Source of the DNA: Octopus sinensis
Lineage: Eukaryota
Assembly: GCF_006345805.1 (NCBI RefSeq)
Contig: NC_043020.1
Location: 8,680,001-8,744,000 of the forward strand
DNA length: 64,000 nt
Direction: 5' to 3'
A program made the translations under genes and the position numbers. Under the pieces are notes generated by a model that saw nothing but the letters and a program-made list of their open reading frames with translations, did no database searches and was not told where the DNA came from. Of the stretch, positions 12,230 to 25,215 are shown piece by piece (position 1 is the first letter of the stretch; each line of letters opens with the position of its first letter).

Positions 12230-12861
12230 TATATATACATATATAATCTACTATTCCACTAAAATAAGATCAACAAAAATAGCATTCTGTCCAGTGAGAG
12301 ATAAGTATACATTAAATAATGGACATCATCATGACCTAATAATATCCAGCACAAACATTGGATGCTCAGGGAAATTGGAAGAAAACTTTTACATTTCGAG
12401 CGTTTGCTCTTCTGCGGACAGGCCGGACGAGGAGACACTCATGTGGTCACCTCAGTTTCATCCTGCCTGACTAAACTTCCTCCTCTCTCACACTCTTTCG
12501 TCTTCTGCCACTTTTCACAACCTTTCCTTTGAACTCCACTTACCACCTTCCTGCATCTTACTCTGTACAGATGGTAATGTTTTGTTGTGAATTTTCAAAC
12601 GTACGAACCTGTATTTTAACTTCTTTTATTATTGTTACATGCACACACACAAACACACACAGCTCTGAAGAAGCTATAATTTGTTAATCAGGAACTCAAC
12701 GATGAGTCCACTGTATCTCAGCAGAAACGGACATAAGCTAATGAAGGTTATAATTGTTTATTGCTTTGTCATCTCGTTTTCTTTATATATATGCGTATAT
12801 ATATATAATGCAGACAAACACACAGACACATACATCTCCTCCTTTTCTTCTTGTCTTCCAG

Positions 12862-14462
12862 CTGCCAATACTTACCAACAGAAGTCACACACAGATTTCA
12901 TCACGCCCACAATTGAGTCGCCGAAAGCTATGAACCATTTATTTATTGGACGAAACGCTCTGAAAAAACACAAAAATAGATTCATAACTGCAGGGCCTCG
13001 TATTGCTTGTCAAGTTCCTTCAGGCAGTGTTCCAGGGAAAGCTGCCAGCCTTTCAGGTAAATTCCGTTCAAAGAGCTTCGATAGCCATTTTGATCCAAAC
13101 CAAAGTTGCCAACCAACTGAAACTCAGAAAACAAATTGCTCAAGAAGATCGAACTCTGAAAACACCCGTCTCCCCGATGCACTGCAGCGATTGCAGTCTG
13201 CTGACAATCATAAACTTTCAAGTAGCTCCCAAGATAGTCTTCCCCAAGACGACACCAGTGGTGGTGGCACAAGTGCCAGTGTCGCCACAGCTGTTGTGGA
13301 CTTGGCATCTGATACGACGTCCTCGAAGGACGACACAACTGCCGTTGAAGACACTGATGCTGGGGATAGCTCCCTTGCAGATTCTGTAACGGCTTCACAA
13401 GAGAATCCACAGGCTACCAGTGTTGAAAACCTTGCACACACGGCAGATATTTCCATAAAAGACAGTCAAGAGAACCTTAATCTCACAGACCCTCATTCTG
13501 TAAGTGAATTACTACATTCCATATCTGAGATCTCTGCAAATAATTCTGAAGATCCAGACCCCACTCAGAACATTACCAATTTAGAAACCCCAACAACTGA
13601 TCCAGCATCTATTTCTAACGGTCCTCCTCAAACTGTGGATTCTGGGCCAACCATCACATCTGCCTCTTGTCACGTTGCTAATGGCAACGAAGACAATGAT
13701 CACAATCAACATTCTTTAATTGCCTTTGACAATGTTCCTGAGCATCTTGAAGATGCTTCACTTGTGGTAACACCTGTTTCTCACCTGGAAGATTCTGACG
13801 CAAAAAACAGTCTAGAGGAACAGGTGAGCCAGTTACTTCGAAGCCCTTCACTCGATAGCTGTAACAATCTGGACTTTTCAGCGCTGTCCGAGGCCTCTGA
13901 CGAGGTGAGCAGTTTGGCCAGCTTCTTTGAAACAAATAGTGAAAATTTCAAAGTGTCAGGTGACGACGAAAAGACACCTTTATCGTTGTCGCCATCAGAG
14001 TTATCTTGGGAAACTGTTCCGAATCCTCCCCCTTCCAAAGAACGCTTTCGTTCGCATTCGTGCTGTTCTCCTGACACGCTCTCACCGACTGAGAAAATTG
14101 GTATCAAGTTTGGTGTGGCTCGAATCAACGGAGACTCGTGGTGTCATCAGAACATGATGGAATATACCCGTAGCATGCGGCGACGGTCAACAAAGAGCGA
14201 ATGCCAACTTCCAAGCAATAATTACTCAACTAATTCCAACTCGTTAGAATCCCTCAACAGCTTCACAACAGACAGCAAATTTTCTAGTCGTACTGTCAAC
14301 CCCAAAACTCTAGCCCAGCAATCTGCTGCTGATCCTTCAGTTTATCTCAACCGGCACTGTGCTGTCAATGGTCTCAAATTAGGAATGTACAAACCTTCTA
14401 TGTTAGTTCGTGTGAATAAAAAACAAAAGCCAAGTTTACAGCGCACCTTCAGTAAGAGCTGA
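12862..14462 (+). CDS. TBC1D30: TBC1D30-like terminal coding exon, long Ser/Thr/Asp-rich low-complexity tail
   Basis: Pyrimidine tract ttcttcttgtcttccag|CT; phase-1 entry matches the previous exon; open to TGA at 14460-14462; AMNHLFIG and GLKLGMY motifs. Confidence 0.88.
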
Positions 14463-14574
14463 CTGCTACAGCACACAAGCTGATACCAAAGACTATTCGT
14501 AACTTTAAACTAAATTAAGACTCTTGCAGATCTTGTCACAGATATCTAATTATTATTATTATTATTATTATTGG

Positions 14575-15620
14575 TAGGCAGTGAGGTGGCAGAACCGTTA
14601 GCAGGCCAGGCAAAAATGTTTGCGGCATTTAGTCTGTTATTACGTTCTGAGTTCAGTTCAGCCGAGGTCGACTTTGCCTTTCATCCTTTCGGGGTTTGAT
14701 AAAATAAGTACCGGTGAAACACTGGGGTCGATGTAATTGACTAGTCCCCTCCCGCCCCCACAAATTTCAGGCCATGTACCTTTAGTAGAAAAGATAATTA
14801 TTATTGAGGCAGTGAGCTTGCAGAATTGTCAGCACACTGGGTAAAATGTTTAGCGGTATTTTGTCTGTCTTCATGATCTGAGTTCAAATTACACCGAGGT
14901 CAACTTTGCCTTTCATCCTTTTGGGGTTGATAAAATAAGTACCAGTCATATACTAAGGTGGGGGTCAATGTAACCGACTTAGCCTCTTCCTCAAAACTGC
15001 TGGCCTTGTGCCAAAATTTGAAATCATTATTATTATTGGTAGATTGGCAGAATGATCGGTGTGCATTCTGGGTTCAAATCTCACCAAAATCAACTTTACC
15101 TTTCATCCCTCTAGGGGTTGATAAACTAAAGTACCAGTGAAGAGGGGCGTCAAAGTAATTGACTAACCCCTCTCTCCCTGCAAATTCTTAGTCTTGTGCC
15201 TGTTATTCTTCTTTCCTTATCGTTACGGCGATGGAATGAGGACAACAGAGTTCGACAAAATACCTTGTGGTGTCTGTCTTCTTTCAAGTTGGATAAAAAG
15301 AAAAAATGTCCCTTTTAACTAATAAGGATTCAATCAGTTGACCATTTCTATCTTTCATAATATAAATTTGTGGCCTTGTGCTTATGGAAGAATTGTTTTT
15401 TTTATTAAGGCGTCCAGTTGGCAGAATCGTTAGCATGCCTGGCAAAACGTTTAAACGCATTTTGTCCATCTCCGTTTAGAGTTCAAATACTACCAAGGTC
15501 GACTTTGCCTTTCATCCTTTCGGGGTCGATAAAATAAGTACCAGTTGAGTACTGGGGGTCGATGTGATCGACTAAACCCCCCTCCCCTCAAAATTTCAGG
15601 CCTTGTGCCTTTAGTAGAAA
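14575..15620 (+). mobile_element. Cluster of same-orientation SINE family B copies just downstream of the TBC1D30 stop
   Basis: At least four copies, several separated by (ATT)n tails. Confidence 0.8.
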
Positions 15621-17159
15621 GTTTATTATTATTATTATTATTAATTTGTAGAGTTGTAGCTGTTGAATTTTATATTTCGTAGAGATTTTGATTCTAGTCT
15701 GCAATCCAAGGGCAGATAATCAGTGTTGGCTAAAAATGAAATTGTCTGCTGAAATCAGTTTAATAGTTCAGTTTGTGATGATGATGATGATGATGATGAT
15801 ACAAGAGACAGGAAGTCAACCAGGCATATATAATTATACTTTAGTTCAGTGCCTCACACTTTTCAATCTCAAAATTTCACCCTGGGGCCTAGTTAACCGT
15901 TCTTTCTTTCTTTCTTTCCACCAAAACTGAGTATAGTTTGGAGTGGAGCAAGGTCTACGATAGGAATGGAATGGTGCCTTCATTCAGAAAGTGATTGATT
16001 GTAGGATGAAAGAAATCTTCGATGTTAGTATGATTGGAATATTCCGAGATCGTTTTGATCTCCAGTTGTTATCAGGTGCCATTCTCCGAGATACATTTAC
16101 GCAGTAAAGAACTGGATAAGACGTTGGCTTCTATTATGTACATAGCCAAGACTAAAAACACCCGACAGCAACCAGGGATCAAACCATTTGAAATGTTATA
16201 TAGATGTAAATATTGCAAAAAAAAAAAAAAAAAATTCTGATGGAGTTGTCTCAGAAAAAAAAAACTAATCATATTAACACTAATTCTTGTCTGAGAGCAG
16301 GTGTTTGTTTTTTCTCCGAAGAACTGTGGGAGAGACCCCCACCCACCCTTTTTTTTTTTTCTTTTTTTTTTTTTTAATTATTTTCTTCCAAATTCGTCCC
16401 AAATGATTGTTATTCCGTTTTGAAGAAGTTCTAAAAGTAGATTTTGTTTTTCCTACCACAGTCTTGGAGCCTCAATTACATATCTGAGGAAATGGGTTGA
16501 TTGTTTTTGGAAGTACATAATAAATAAAACCAGGGCCCCCCTATTTATTATCTGCTGTACTTGAAGTGAGTATAACATAATATTGGCAGAGAGACTTGCT
16601 CAACCTTTCAAAACTATAAACAATTAACTATCATCCTCATTATTCTTCTTGTCTTTTTTTAAATTTTTATTATTTATTCATTTGCACATCTTCCAGGTGT
16701 TTATGATCCAAGTTCAAACTCTGCTGAGGGTCTGCCTTGCCTTTTATTCATTAGAGTCAATTGACACCTTGCCCCTCACCATTGCAGACTTTGTGCCAAA
16801 ATTTGAAACCATTATTATTATTAAGCAGCAAGCTGGCAGAATCGTGAGCACATCAGGCAAAGTGCTTTGCGGTTAATGAAATAAAATACCAGTCATGTAC
16901 GGGTGAGTCGCTGTAATCAACTTGCCCCTCCTCTCAAAATTGCTAACTTTGTGCCTTAATTAGAATTTTTAACCTAAGGCAGCAAGGTGCATCATAAAAA
17001 TAACCTTAGCAGTGTTTGTCGCTGATCTTTACACTCTGGTTTCAAATCCCAGTAGGGGTAACTTTACTTTTCAGGGTTGAGAAAACTGACGCACAGGTGG
17101 TTATGGAATCAACTAATTCTACTAAACCCCACCCACCACTTTAAATTGCTGGCATTCAG

Positions 17160-18100
17160 TCAACCAAGCGAAATGCTTAGCGGCATTTCGTTCATCTCTA
17201 CATTCTGAGTTCAGATGTTAGCAAGATCGGTTTTGCCTTTCATCCTTTCTGGGTTGATAAATTAAGTACCAGTGAAACACTGGGGGAGTCAATGTAAGTG
17301 ATTAGTCCCCTCCCACCAAAAATTTCAGGTCTTGTGCTTTTTAGCAGAAGGATTAAGGCAGAAAGCTGGCAGAAATGTTAGTATGCAGGGCAAAATGTTT
17401 AGCAGTATTTCGTCTGCCGTTACGTTCTGAGTTCAAATTCTGCCAAGGTTGACTTTGCCTTTCATCCTTGCGGGGTCGATATAATTGACTTAATCCATTT
17501 GTCTGTCCCCTCTGTGTGTAGCCCCTCGTGGGCAGTAAAGAAATAAGAAAGGATTATTATTATTATTATTATTATGGAAGGTGGTCAGCTGGCAGAATCA
17601 GTAGCGGGCTGGGTGTATGCCGCCCATTGAGTTCAAATTCCACCGAGGTCAACCTTGCTGCTCATCCTTTTGGGGATTGATAAATTAAGTACCAGTTGCA
17701 TACTAGCCAATCTAATCGACTGCCCCTCCCCCCTGCTCCCAAATTTCAGGCCTTGTGCCATTAGTAGAAAGGATTATTATTATTATTGAAGGCGGCCTGC
17801 TGGCAGAATTGTTAACACACCGGGTGAAATGTGTAACCGTTTTTCGTCTGCAGTTACATTCCGAATTCAAATTCCGCCGAGGTCGACTTTGCCTTTCATC
17901 CTTTCGGGGTCGATAAATTAAGTACCAGTTACGCACTGGGGTAGATATAATCGACTTAATCTGTTTGTCTGTCCCCTCTGTGTTTAGCCCCTTGTGGGTA
18001 GTAAAGAAATAGGTATTTCTGCCATCACTGTGTTCTGAATTCAAATTCCACTGAGGTGACCTTTTCCTTTCATCCTTTTGGTGTCAATAAATTAAGTCCC
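17160..18100 (+). mobile_element. Second cluster of same-orientation SINE family B copies
   Basis: At least four consecutive copies. Confidence 0.8.
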
Positions 18101-18177
18101 AACGAAATACATCAAGAGCCAGAAGGAAGGCCACTAAGTATTTTTGTTGGATGCTCCACTGATTCTGCCAGCTTTAA

Positions 18178-18608
18178 CCCTTTAGCATTCAGATTACTCT
18201 CTTAAATCTTAATCCTTATTAATCCATGTCATTTCAAATTAATCCTGCATTATCTCGTAGCTTTGAGATTACAATGATGTGGACTGTTTATTTTTTAGAA
18301 TGACATTGAAGGATAAGTGCAAAAGGCCAGATCTGGCCAGTTTGAACATGAAGCAAGCAGAATAAATGGGCCAGATGTGGCCACTTTAACCCTTTAGAAT
18401 TTAAACTGGCCATATCCGGCCAAAATAGTTAATCTGTTTTATGTTCAAACTGACCAGATCCAGGCTCTCACACCTACCCTACAATGTTATTCTACATTAA
18501 GTAATTACACCATCAAGATCTTGAAGATATGAGATAATGCATGATTAATTCAAATCAATGGGAATCAATAGGCATTATGCTTGATTGAATAATCTGAACG
18601 CTAAAGGG
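18178..18608. mobile_element. Two abutting inverted piggyBac-type MITE family 1 copies
   Basis: TTAA|CCCTTTAG at 18178 and 18390, CTAAAGGG|TTAA ending 18608; the two bodies are in opposite orientation. Confidence 0.78.
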
Positions 18609-18793
18609 TTAATAATAGGGTGATGGGTGGGCAGAATCACAAGTGATGGGACCTGTGCTTTTATTTTGGTATTTTTCTTCTTTCTTCTTGAGGAGGCATA
18701 ATTATCAGAGCTTTGTGGTATTTCTTACAATCCTTCTGAGGTTAATTTCATCTTTTATCTTTCTACAGTTCATTAAAAAAAAAAAAAACCCCT

Positions 18794-19218
18794 AGGCGCA
18801 GGAGTGGCTGTGTGGTAAGTAGCTTGCCTACCAACCACATGGTTCTGGGTTCAGTCCCACTGCGTGGCATCTTGGGCAAGTGTCTTCTGCTATAGCCTCG
18901 GGCTGACCAAAGCCTTGTGAGTGGATTTGGTAGACGGAAACTGAAAGAAGCCTGTCGTATATATGTATGTATATATATATATATATATATATGTGTGTAT
19001 ATGTTTGTGTGTCTGTGTTTGTCCCTGTAGCATTGCTTGACAACCGATGCTGGTGTGTTTACGTCCCCGTCACTTAGCAGTTCGGCAAAAGAGACCGATA
19101 GAATAAGTACTGGGCTTACAAAGAATAAGTCCCGGGGTCGATTTGCTCGACTAAAGGCGGTGCTCCAGCATGGCCGCAGTCAAATGACTGAATCAACTAA
19201 AAGAGAGTAAAAGAGAGA
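18794..19218 (+). mobile_element. SINE family A
   Basis: Full-length copy beginning AGGCGCAGGAGTGGCTGTGTGG. Confidence 0.85.
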
Positions 19219-19619
19219 GTCGTGTATTGGCATCACTGGAGTCAATTGACCCCTTGCCCCTCAACACCGCAGCCTTTGTGCCAAAATTTGAAACCATTTT
19301 TATTATTAAGCAGCAAGCTGGCAGAATCGTGAGCGCATCAGGCAAAGTGCTTAGCGGCATTTTGTCCATCCTTACATTCTCGGTTCAAATTCCACTGAGG
19401 CCAACTTTGCCTTTCGTCCTTTTCGGGGTCGATAAATTAAGTACCAGCTGAGCACTGGGGTCGATATAATCGACCGGCCCTAAAATTGCTGGCCTTGTGC
19501 CAAAATTTGAAACCATCATGAGACCAGTTTCATATCATTAAATAGGTATTTGGTAAGTACTATATTCATTGGTAATACATTGTTTAGTTCTGATTATCCC
19601 TTGGCCCCAGGGATAATCA

Positions 19620-20262
19620 AGAGGGGAAAAATCATTAGTGGATGATCACAGCTGAGAAAGGCACATTAGATCATGTAGCCCAAGGTATACTGTGCCTCAA
19701 GAGGGAAAAAACTTTAGTGGATAATCACAGCTGAGAAAGGCACATTAGTTTGCGTAGCCCTAGGTATATTGTGCCTCAGGAGGTAAAAAGCAGTGGATGA
19801 TCATAGCTGAGAAAGGCACATTAGATCGTGTAGCCCAAGGTATACTGTGCCTCGAGGGAAAAAATATTAGTGGATAATCACAGCTGAGAAAGGCACATTA
19901 GATTGTGTAGCCCTAGGTATATTGTGCCTCGGGAGGTAAAAACCAGTGGATGATCATAGCTGAGAAAGGCACATTAGATCGTGTAGCCCTAGGTATATTG
20001 TGCCTCAGGAGGTAAAAAACTGGATGATCATAGCTGAGAAAGGCACATTAGATCGTGTAGCCCTAGGTATATTGTGCCTCGGGAGGTAAAAAACAGTAGA
20101 TGATCACAGCTGAGAAAGGCACATTAGATCGTGTAGCCCTAGGTATATTGTGCCTCGGGAGGTAAAAAACAGTGGATGATCACAGCTGAGAAAGGCACAT
20201 TAGATCGTGTAGCCCTAGGTATATTGTGCCTCAGGAGGTAAAAAACAGTGGATTATCATAGG
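19620..20262. repeat. ~76-bp minisatellite, about 8.5 units
   Basis: GCTGAGAAAGGCACATTAG recurs at 19651, 19730, 19806, 19883, 19959, 20033, 20109 and 20185. Confidence 0.95.
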
Positions 20263-20630
20263 CACGGGGGGGTCAATTTGTTTGCTTAATCCCTTCAATG
20301 CAGTGCCACAGAATGGTGAGGTTGGTAATCAATACATTATTTAGACACATCTGGATGCGTGTAGGTTCGTTTTTGATAATATGCTCACCTGTAGTTTATA
20401 AAAAAAAAAAAAAAAAGAAGGGGGGAAAAGGGAAGGTGCACGTTTAATGCGTAACTTAGAAGCAGCGCTACGGATGAACCAGCAAACACGAAATTGAGAC
20501 ATGGTCGACCTCAAACACTTCCCATGAGGAATTCCGGAAGGAGCATCGTGAGACCACTGCTGAGATGCTTCCACATAATAAAAAAGAAAAGCCGTTAGAA
20601 AACCGATTATAGCAGCGACTCCATCTAAGA

Positions 20631-20667
20631 ATATCTGAAGAAGGAATATAATTCCGAAATATCATAT
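20631..20667 (+). ncRNA. Minimal type I hammerhead ribozyme motif (family H3, intact)
   Basis: ATAT-CTGAAGA-A-GGAAT-ATA-ATTCC-GAAA-TA-TC-ATAT: stem I ATAT/ATAT, 5-bp stem II, palindromic AUAU stem III, AUC cleavage triplet. Confidence 0.72.
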
Positions 20668-20779
20668 CTGACTATGGATGCCTAAATTACAACAGGTATA
20701 TAACCCATTGTCTGTATTATAGTGCATTGTTGTACCATTCAAAACTTTTTATTCTTTAAAAAAATATGTACACATACAC

Positions 20780-21148
20780 ATCATCATCATTGTCTAACGT
20801 CCGCTTTCCATGCTAGCATGGGTTGGACGGTTCAACTGGGGTCTGGGAAGCCCGAAGGCTGCACCAGGCCAGTCAGATCTGGCAGTGTTTCTACAGCTGG
20901 ATGCCCATCCTGACGCCAACCACTCCGTGAGTGTAGTGGGTGCTTTTTATGTGCCACGGACACAGGTGCCAGATGAGGCTGGCGAACGGCCATGCTCGGA
21001 TGATGTTTTTTTATGTGCCACCGACACAGGTGCCAGACAAGGCTGGCGAACGGCCACGCTCGGATGGTGTTTTTTTATGTGCCACGGACACAGGTGCCAG
21101 ACGAGGTTGGCGAACGGCCACGCTCGGATGGTGTTTTTTATGTGCCAC
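20780..21148 (-). mobile_element. Repeat family D (SINE or LINE 3' end with (GAT)n tail and internal ~60-bp tandem units)
   Basis: Tail CCCATGCTAGCATGGAAAGCGGACGTTA...GATGATG; other copies near 29091, 29949, 31860, 43004, 48412, 54534 and 59880. Confidence 0.8.
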
Positions 21149-22289
21149 ATGTACATAAATATAGGTGTGAGAATGTCTGCAGTCAATGCTGTGTTATGGC
21201 TATAAATGGTGACAATATTTTCTGTCAATAAATGGTCCGTTAGCTTTGCCATTGCAAATTCCTCTGGAATAAAAATTTTATGCAGCACAGAATTTTGTCA
21301 GTGAACAGGTCGCGGTCTCATAGTGACGAAAATATTTTGGCAAATTAAATTTAAATGAATCTAATGCGTTTTGTGTGTTTTTAAATGGCTTATAAACACC
21401 TTCCATGCTGCAATTGTAAAAATTTTTTAAAATTCCTTAATAAAAAGAAGGGTTAGTGACACAAAGAGTATCTGGCCATGAAAATCCTGCCTCACCTAAA
21501 TCATGTAAGCATGGAAAAGCAGATTCTGACTGCATAAATGAATGAATGGTAAGAGATGGGGGTGGTTAAATAGTGAGAGACAATCTTTCATTCTTGAATA
21601 AAAATAAATATTTTTTTCCATAATTAAAAGTCTTTAATCTTTGACACGACATCGGATCAGTCACATTAATTCACTTCTCTTTCAATCATTAACCATCTTG
21701 TCTTTCCTATTGTTCTATCAGGTAACGAACATTGTAAATATCTTTCCATTTGTTAATTAATTCCTTTTGAAGCTCCATCTGGTGGTGGTTGTCACTGCTG
21801 TTTATTGTCAGATCAGCTGTGAGAGGAGAACCCTAAAATCTTAGTTGTTCCATATGTGACCATCCTGTCTTTTCATTATCCAGGCATAATGCATCTAGAA
21901 CTACATTGTTCAACGTGGCTGTTTTTCTTTTTTTCCTTTCTTTTTCGAAGACTTTTTTGTGGATAGTACAGGCCTCATTCCCACCCCAGAGAGATGGAAA
22001 ATTTTATGAGGACAAGAACGAGGGGGTGGAAGCAGTAGAGGGTGGGACAACAGCTGCATCTATAAAGGATCTTTAGTCTTTGTGACCCATTTAAATATTG
22101 TGATATTCTGAGATGTGTTACGGGTTTTATAAATAGGGATTTATCTCCCTTGCCGGACATTGTTAACAGTGAATACCAGGGACTGTGGTAAGATCTAAAC
22201 AGTGCTCTCCTGGAATGCATGGGGAGGATTCTCTGATGTGAGGTTCCCCATGCTACAGCATTGTGGTATCCCTTCTGCAGACAATATTC

Positions 22290-23590
22290 TTTTCTACACT
22301 AGGCACAAGGCCCGAAATTTGAGCAGAGTGGAGTCGATTAGATCAACCCAGTATGCATCTGGTACTTAATTTATTGACCCTGAAAGGATGAAAGGCGAAG
22401 TCAACCTTGGCAGAATTTGAACTCAGAACGTAAAGACAGACAATATTAACTGGACAGTAGTCCAGTTGGTCATTACTCACTGATGTGAGTCTGCTCCTAA
22501 CAGCTGAGAAGATGTTCCAAATATTTTTTAAAAACATGAAATATTTTCATAAATGACTTTTAACAGCAAGAATAACATTAATGATGATAACAATAAACAA
22601 AATCAAATACATACCCCGCTACTGTTGTAAATCTCTTTCTTCAAATGGGAAAGGGGTTTGTTGATTGCATTAAACCCCAGTACACAACTGGTACTTTGTC
22701 ATCATTTTGGGTTGATAAAATAAGTCGACCTCATGGAATTTGAACTCAGAATGTAAAGCTGGAAGAAATGTCGCTATGCATTTTGTCCTGTTCAGGCCAA
22801 CATATTATAAACAATATACAAAAGTATGATTTAAAAGACATTGTCAAAATTTGTGGGTCTTTCCAAACATATAATAAAAGCAATCACAGCAGAATTTGAA
22901 CTTGGAACATAAAAATGGATGAAATGCTACTAAGCATTTTGCTTGGCATGTTAACGATTCTGTCATCCTCTCTCTGCCTTAATGATAGCAAATGTTTCTA
23001 ATAGAGGCAGAAGACCTGCAATTTGGGGGAGGAAAGTTCAGTGATTCAACTTGAGGGAGGACCCTGTTTTATTGATTTTTGGTTGGAAGAAATACCACAA
23101 AACATTTCTCCATTACCATAAGAATTCTGCCAGACTGTCTCCTTATTAATAATAATCCTCTCTACTAAAGGTGCAATACCTAGATTTTGTGAGGAGGGGA
23201 ACAACTGATCACATCAACCCCCTAGTATGCAGCTGATACTTTATTGACCCTGAAAGGATGAAGGACAAAGTCGACCATAGTGGGATTTGAACTCAACATA
23301 AAGACAGGTGAAATATTAAGCACTTTGTCCTGAGTGCTAAGGATTCTGCCAGTTTGCTGCCTTAATAATAATAATAATAATAATAATAATGGTTTCAAAT
23401 TTTGCCACAAGGGCAGCAATGTTGAGGGAGAGGATAAGTCAATTACATCGATTTCAATATTTCACTGGTACTTAATTTATCAACCCTGAAAGGTTGGAAG
23501 GCAAAGTTGACCTCAGTGGAATTTGAACTCAGAATGTAAAGATGGATGGACTGCTGCTAAGCATTTTATCTGGCTTGCTAACGGTTCCGC
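22290..23590 (-). mobile_element. Cluster of diverged minus-strand SINE family B copies
   Basis: Repeated GAAAGGATGAAAGGC...GAATTTGAACTCAGAA motifs. Confidence 0.7.
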
Positions 23591-24052
23591 CATATATATA
23601 TTATGGTGATAATAAATGCCCTGTTGCAGTAACAAGCAGTAACTCTCATGGCTTCTGATCTTAACTGATTGGAAGTGTCATCATGTACATTGTTTTGTCT
23701 TGGTATAAAAGATGGGCTACAGCAAATATTCTGCTCAATACCACAGGTTTGCTTGTCAGTTGTTTGACCGTAACCATTGGAGCATGTCCCTCAGTGGCTG
23801 ACGATGTGTGTATCTCTTAACGAGCAAGAGTAGAGGGAAAGCATCATAGCTGGTGGAGTCATTAGCATACCAGACAAAATGCTTAGCTGTATTATTTTCA
23901 GTCTTTAAGTTGTGAGTTCAAACGTCACCAAGGTCAAAAGCCTTTCAAATCTTCTCAGTCTCAATAAAATAAAAACTAAACAGAATAGGGTCAGTTTCAC
24001 TCAGTGAACCCTTCTCTCTACATTATGTGGAACTGATCCTGTGTCAACATGA

Positions 24053-24262
24053 TACAAGGTGTCCATAAATTATCTTTACAACTACCATAAGCATCGTCTA
24101 GATTGTGTTGTATACAACCCAGGGACCGCATACGGAAGTGTTCTGATGTTTCTAATAAAACTTCATGTGTTTGCCTGTGTTTTCCAATTAACTGTGTGCC
24201 AAGTTATCTTTTTTTTTCTTCTCCGTTTTTCAAATTGTAAAGCTAATTTACAGACACCCTGG
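24053..24262. mobile_element. Tc1/mariner-type MITE
   Basis: TACAAGGTGTCCATAAATTATCTTTACAA ... TTGTAAAGCTAATTTACAGACACCCTG. Confidence 0.7.
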
Positions 24263-24828
24263 CGTTAAATATACTATTGTGCTTTGCATATACAAAAAAG
24301 GAAAAAAAAAAGTGGAAAAAGATCAAGAGAAAAAAAAAAGAAACCCAGAAAGGACCAGGGTTGTGGTGGTTGTGAGTTTTCAATTTTCAAAAGTAATGTA
24401 CTGGTAAAACTAGGGAGAAATGATTATGAACAACAAATAGCACCCACCACACACACACACACACTTTTGGAAAGATGGACTGATCCAGTTGGGATTATAT
24501 ATTAATGGGTTAAATTCTTCAGAAGGATTCCAGAAATCAGTTTCAGAAAGAAAAAACAAAACTACAAACTAAATACTTAGAAATGCAATATTAGAATTTT
24601 TGTAGAAACTAAAGAATTTCTTGTAATTAATTCTACAGAGAAATCATTCCATTCCATTCCAGCCAATTGTTTATCTTCCTGACAAACCATTAACATTATT
24701 ATTAGTATTATTATTACTGTAATTTTTAAAAGCAAAAAAAAAACAAAAATAAATATATAAAAAAAGCAAATGGTGTTTTTAAAATTATTCAAAAGAAATA
24801 CAACAAAATGAAAAATATGTATTGTGTA

Positions 24829-25215
24829 GGAAGGAAGCACTCCGTCGATTATGACGACGAGGGTTCCGGTTGATCCGAATCAACGGAACAGCCTGCTCGT
24901 GAAATTAACGTGTAAGTGGCTGAGCACTCCACAGACACGTGTACCATTAATGTAGTTCTCGGGGATATTCAGCGTGACACAGAGTGACAAGGCCAGCCCT
25001 TTGAAAAACAGGTACAACAGAAATAGGAAGTAAGAGTGAGAGAAAGTTGTGGTGAAAGAGAACAGCAGGGATCACCACCATCCCCTGCTGGAGCCTTGTG
25101 GAGCTTTTAGGTGTTTTCACTCAATAAACACTCACAACGCCCGGTCTGGGAATCGAAACCGCGATCCTACGACCGCGAGTCCGCTGCCCTAACCACTGGG
25201 CCATTGTGCTTCCAC
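24829..25215 (-). mobile_element. tRNA-derived SINE family C with 12-bp TSD
   Basis: TSD ATGTATTGTGTA at 24817-24828 and 25216-25227; head TGGCCCAGTGGTTAGG...GGTTTCGATTCCC. Confidence 0.88.

Noticed and set aside
12663-12735. CTGAAGAAG...GAAACG as a hammerhead
   Set aside because: No clean stem II and no U at the cleavage triplet.
12681-12861. N-terminal part of the 593-aa ORF as a standalone gene start
   Set aside because: Intronic low-complexity sequence upstream of a clear acceptor at 12861.
12982-14157. Overlapping alternative-frame and antisense ORFs
   Set aside because: Shadows of the TBC1D30 terminal exon with no recognisable motifs.
19620-20262. CRISPR-like array with leader, or tandem hammerheads
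   Set aside because: Units are contiguous with no unique spacers, there are no cas genes and the context is eukaryotic; CTGAGA lacks a core base and no GAAA follows the stem.
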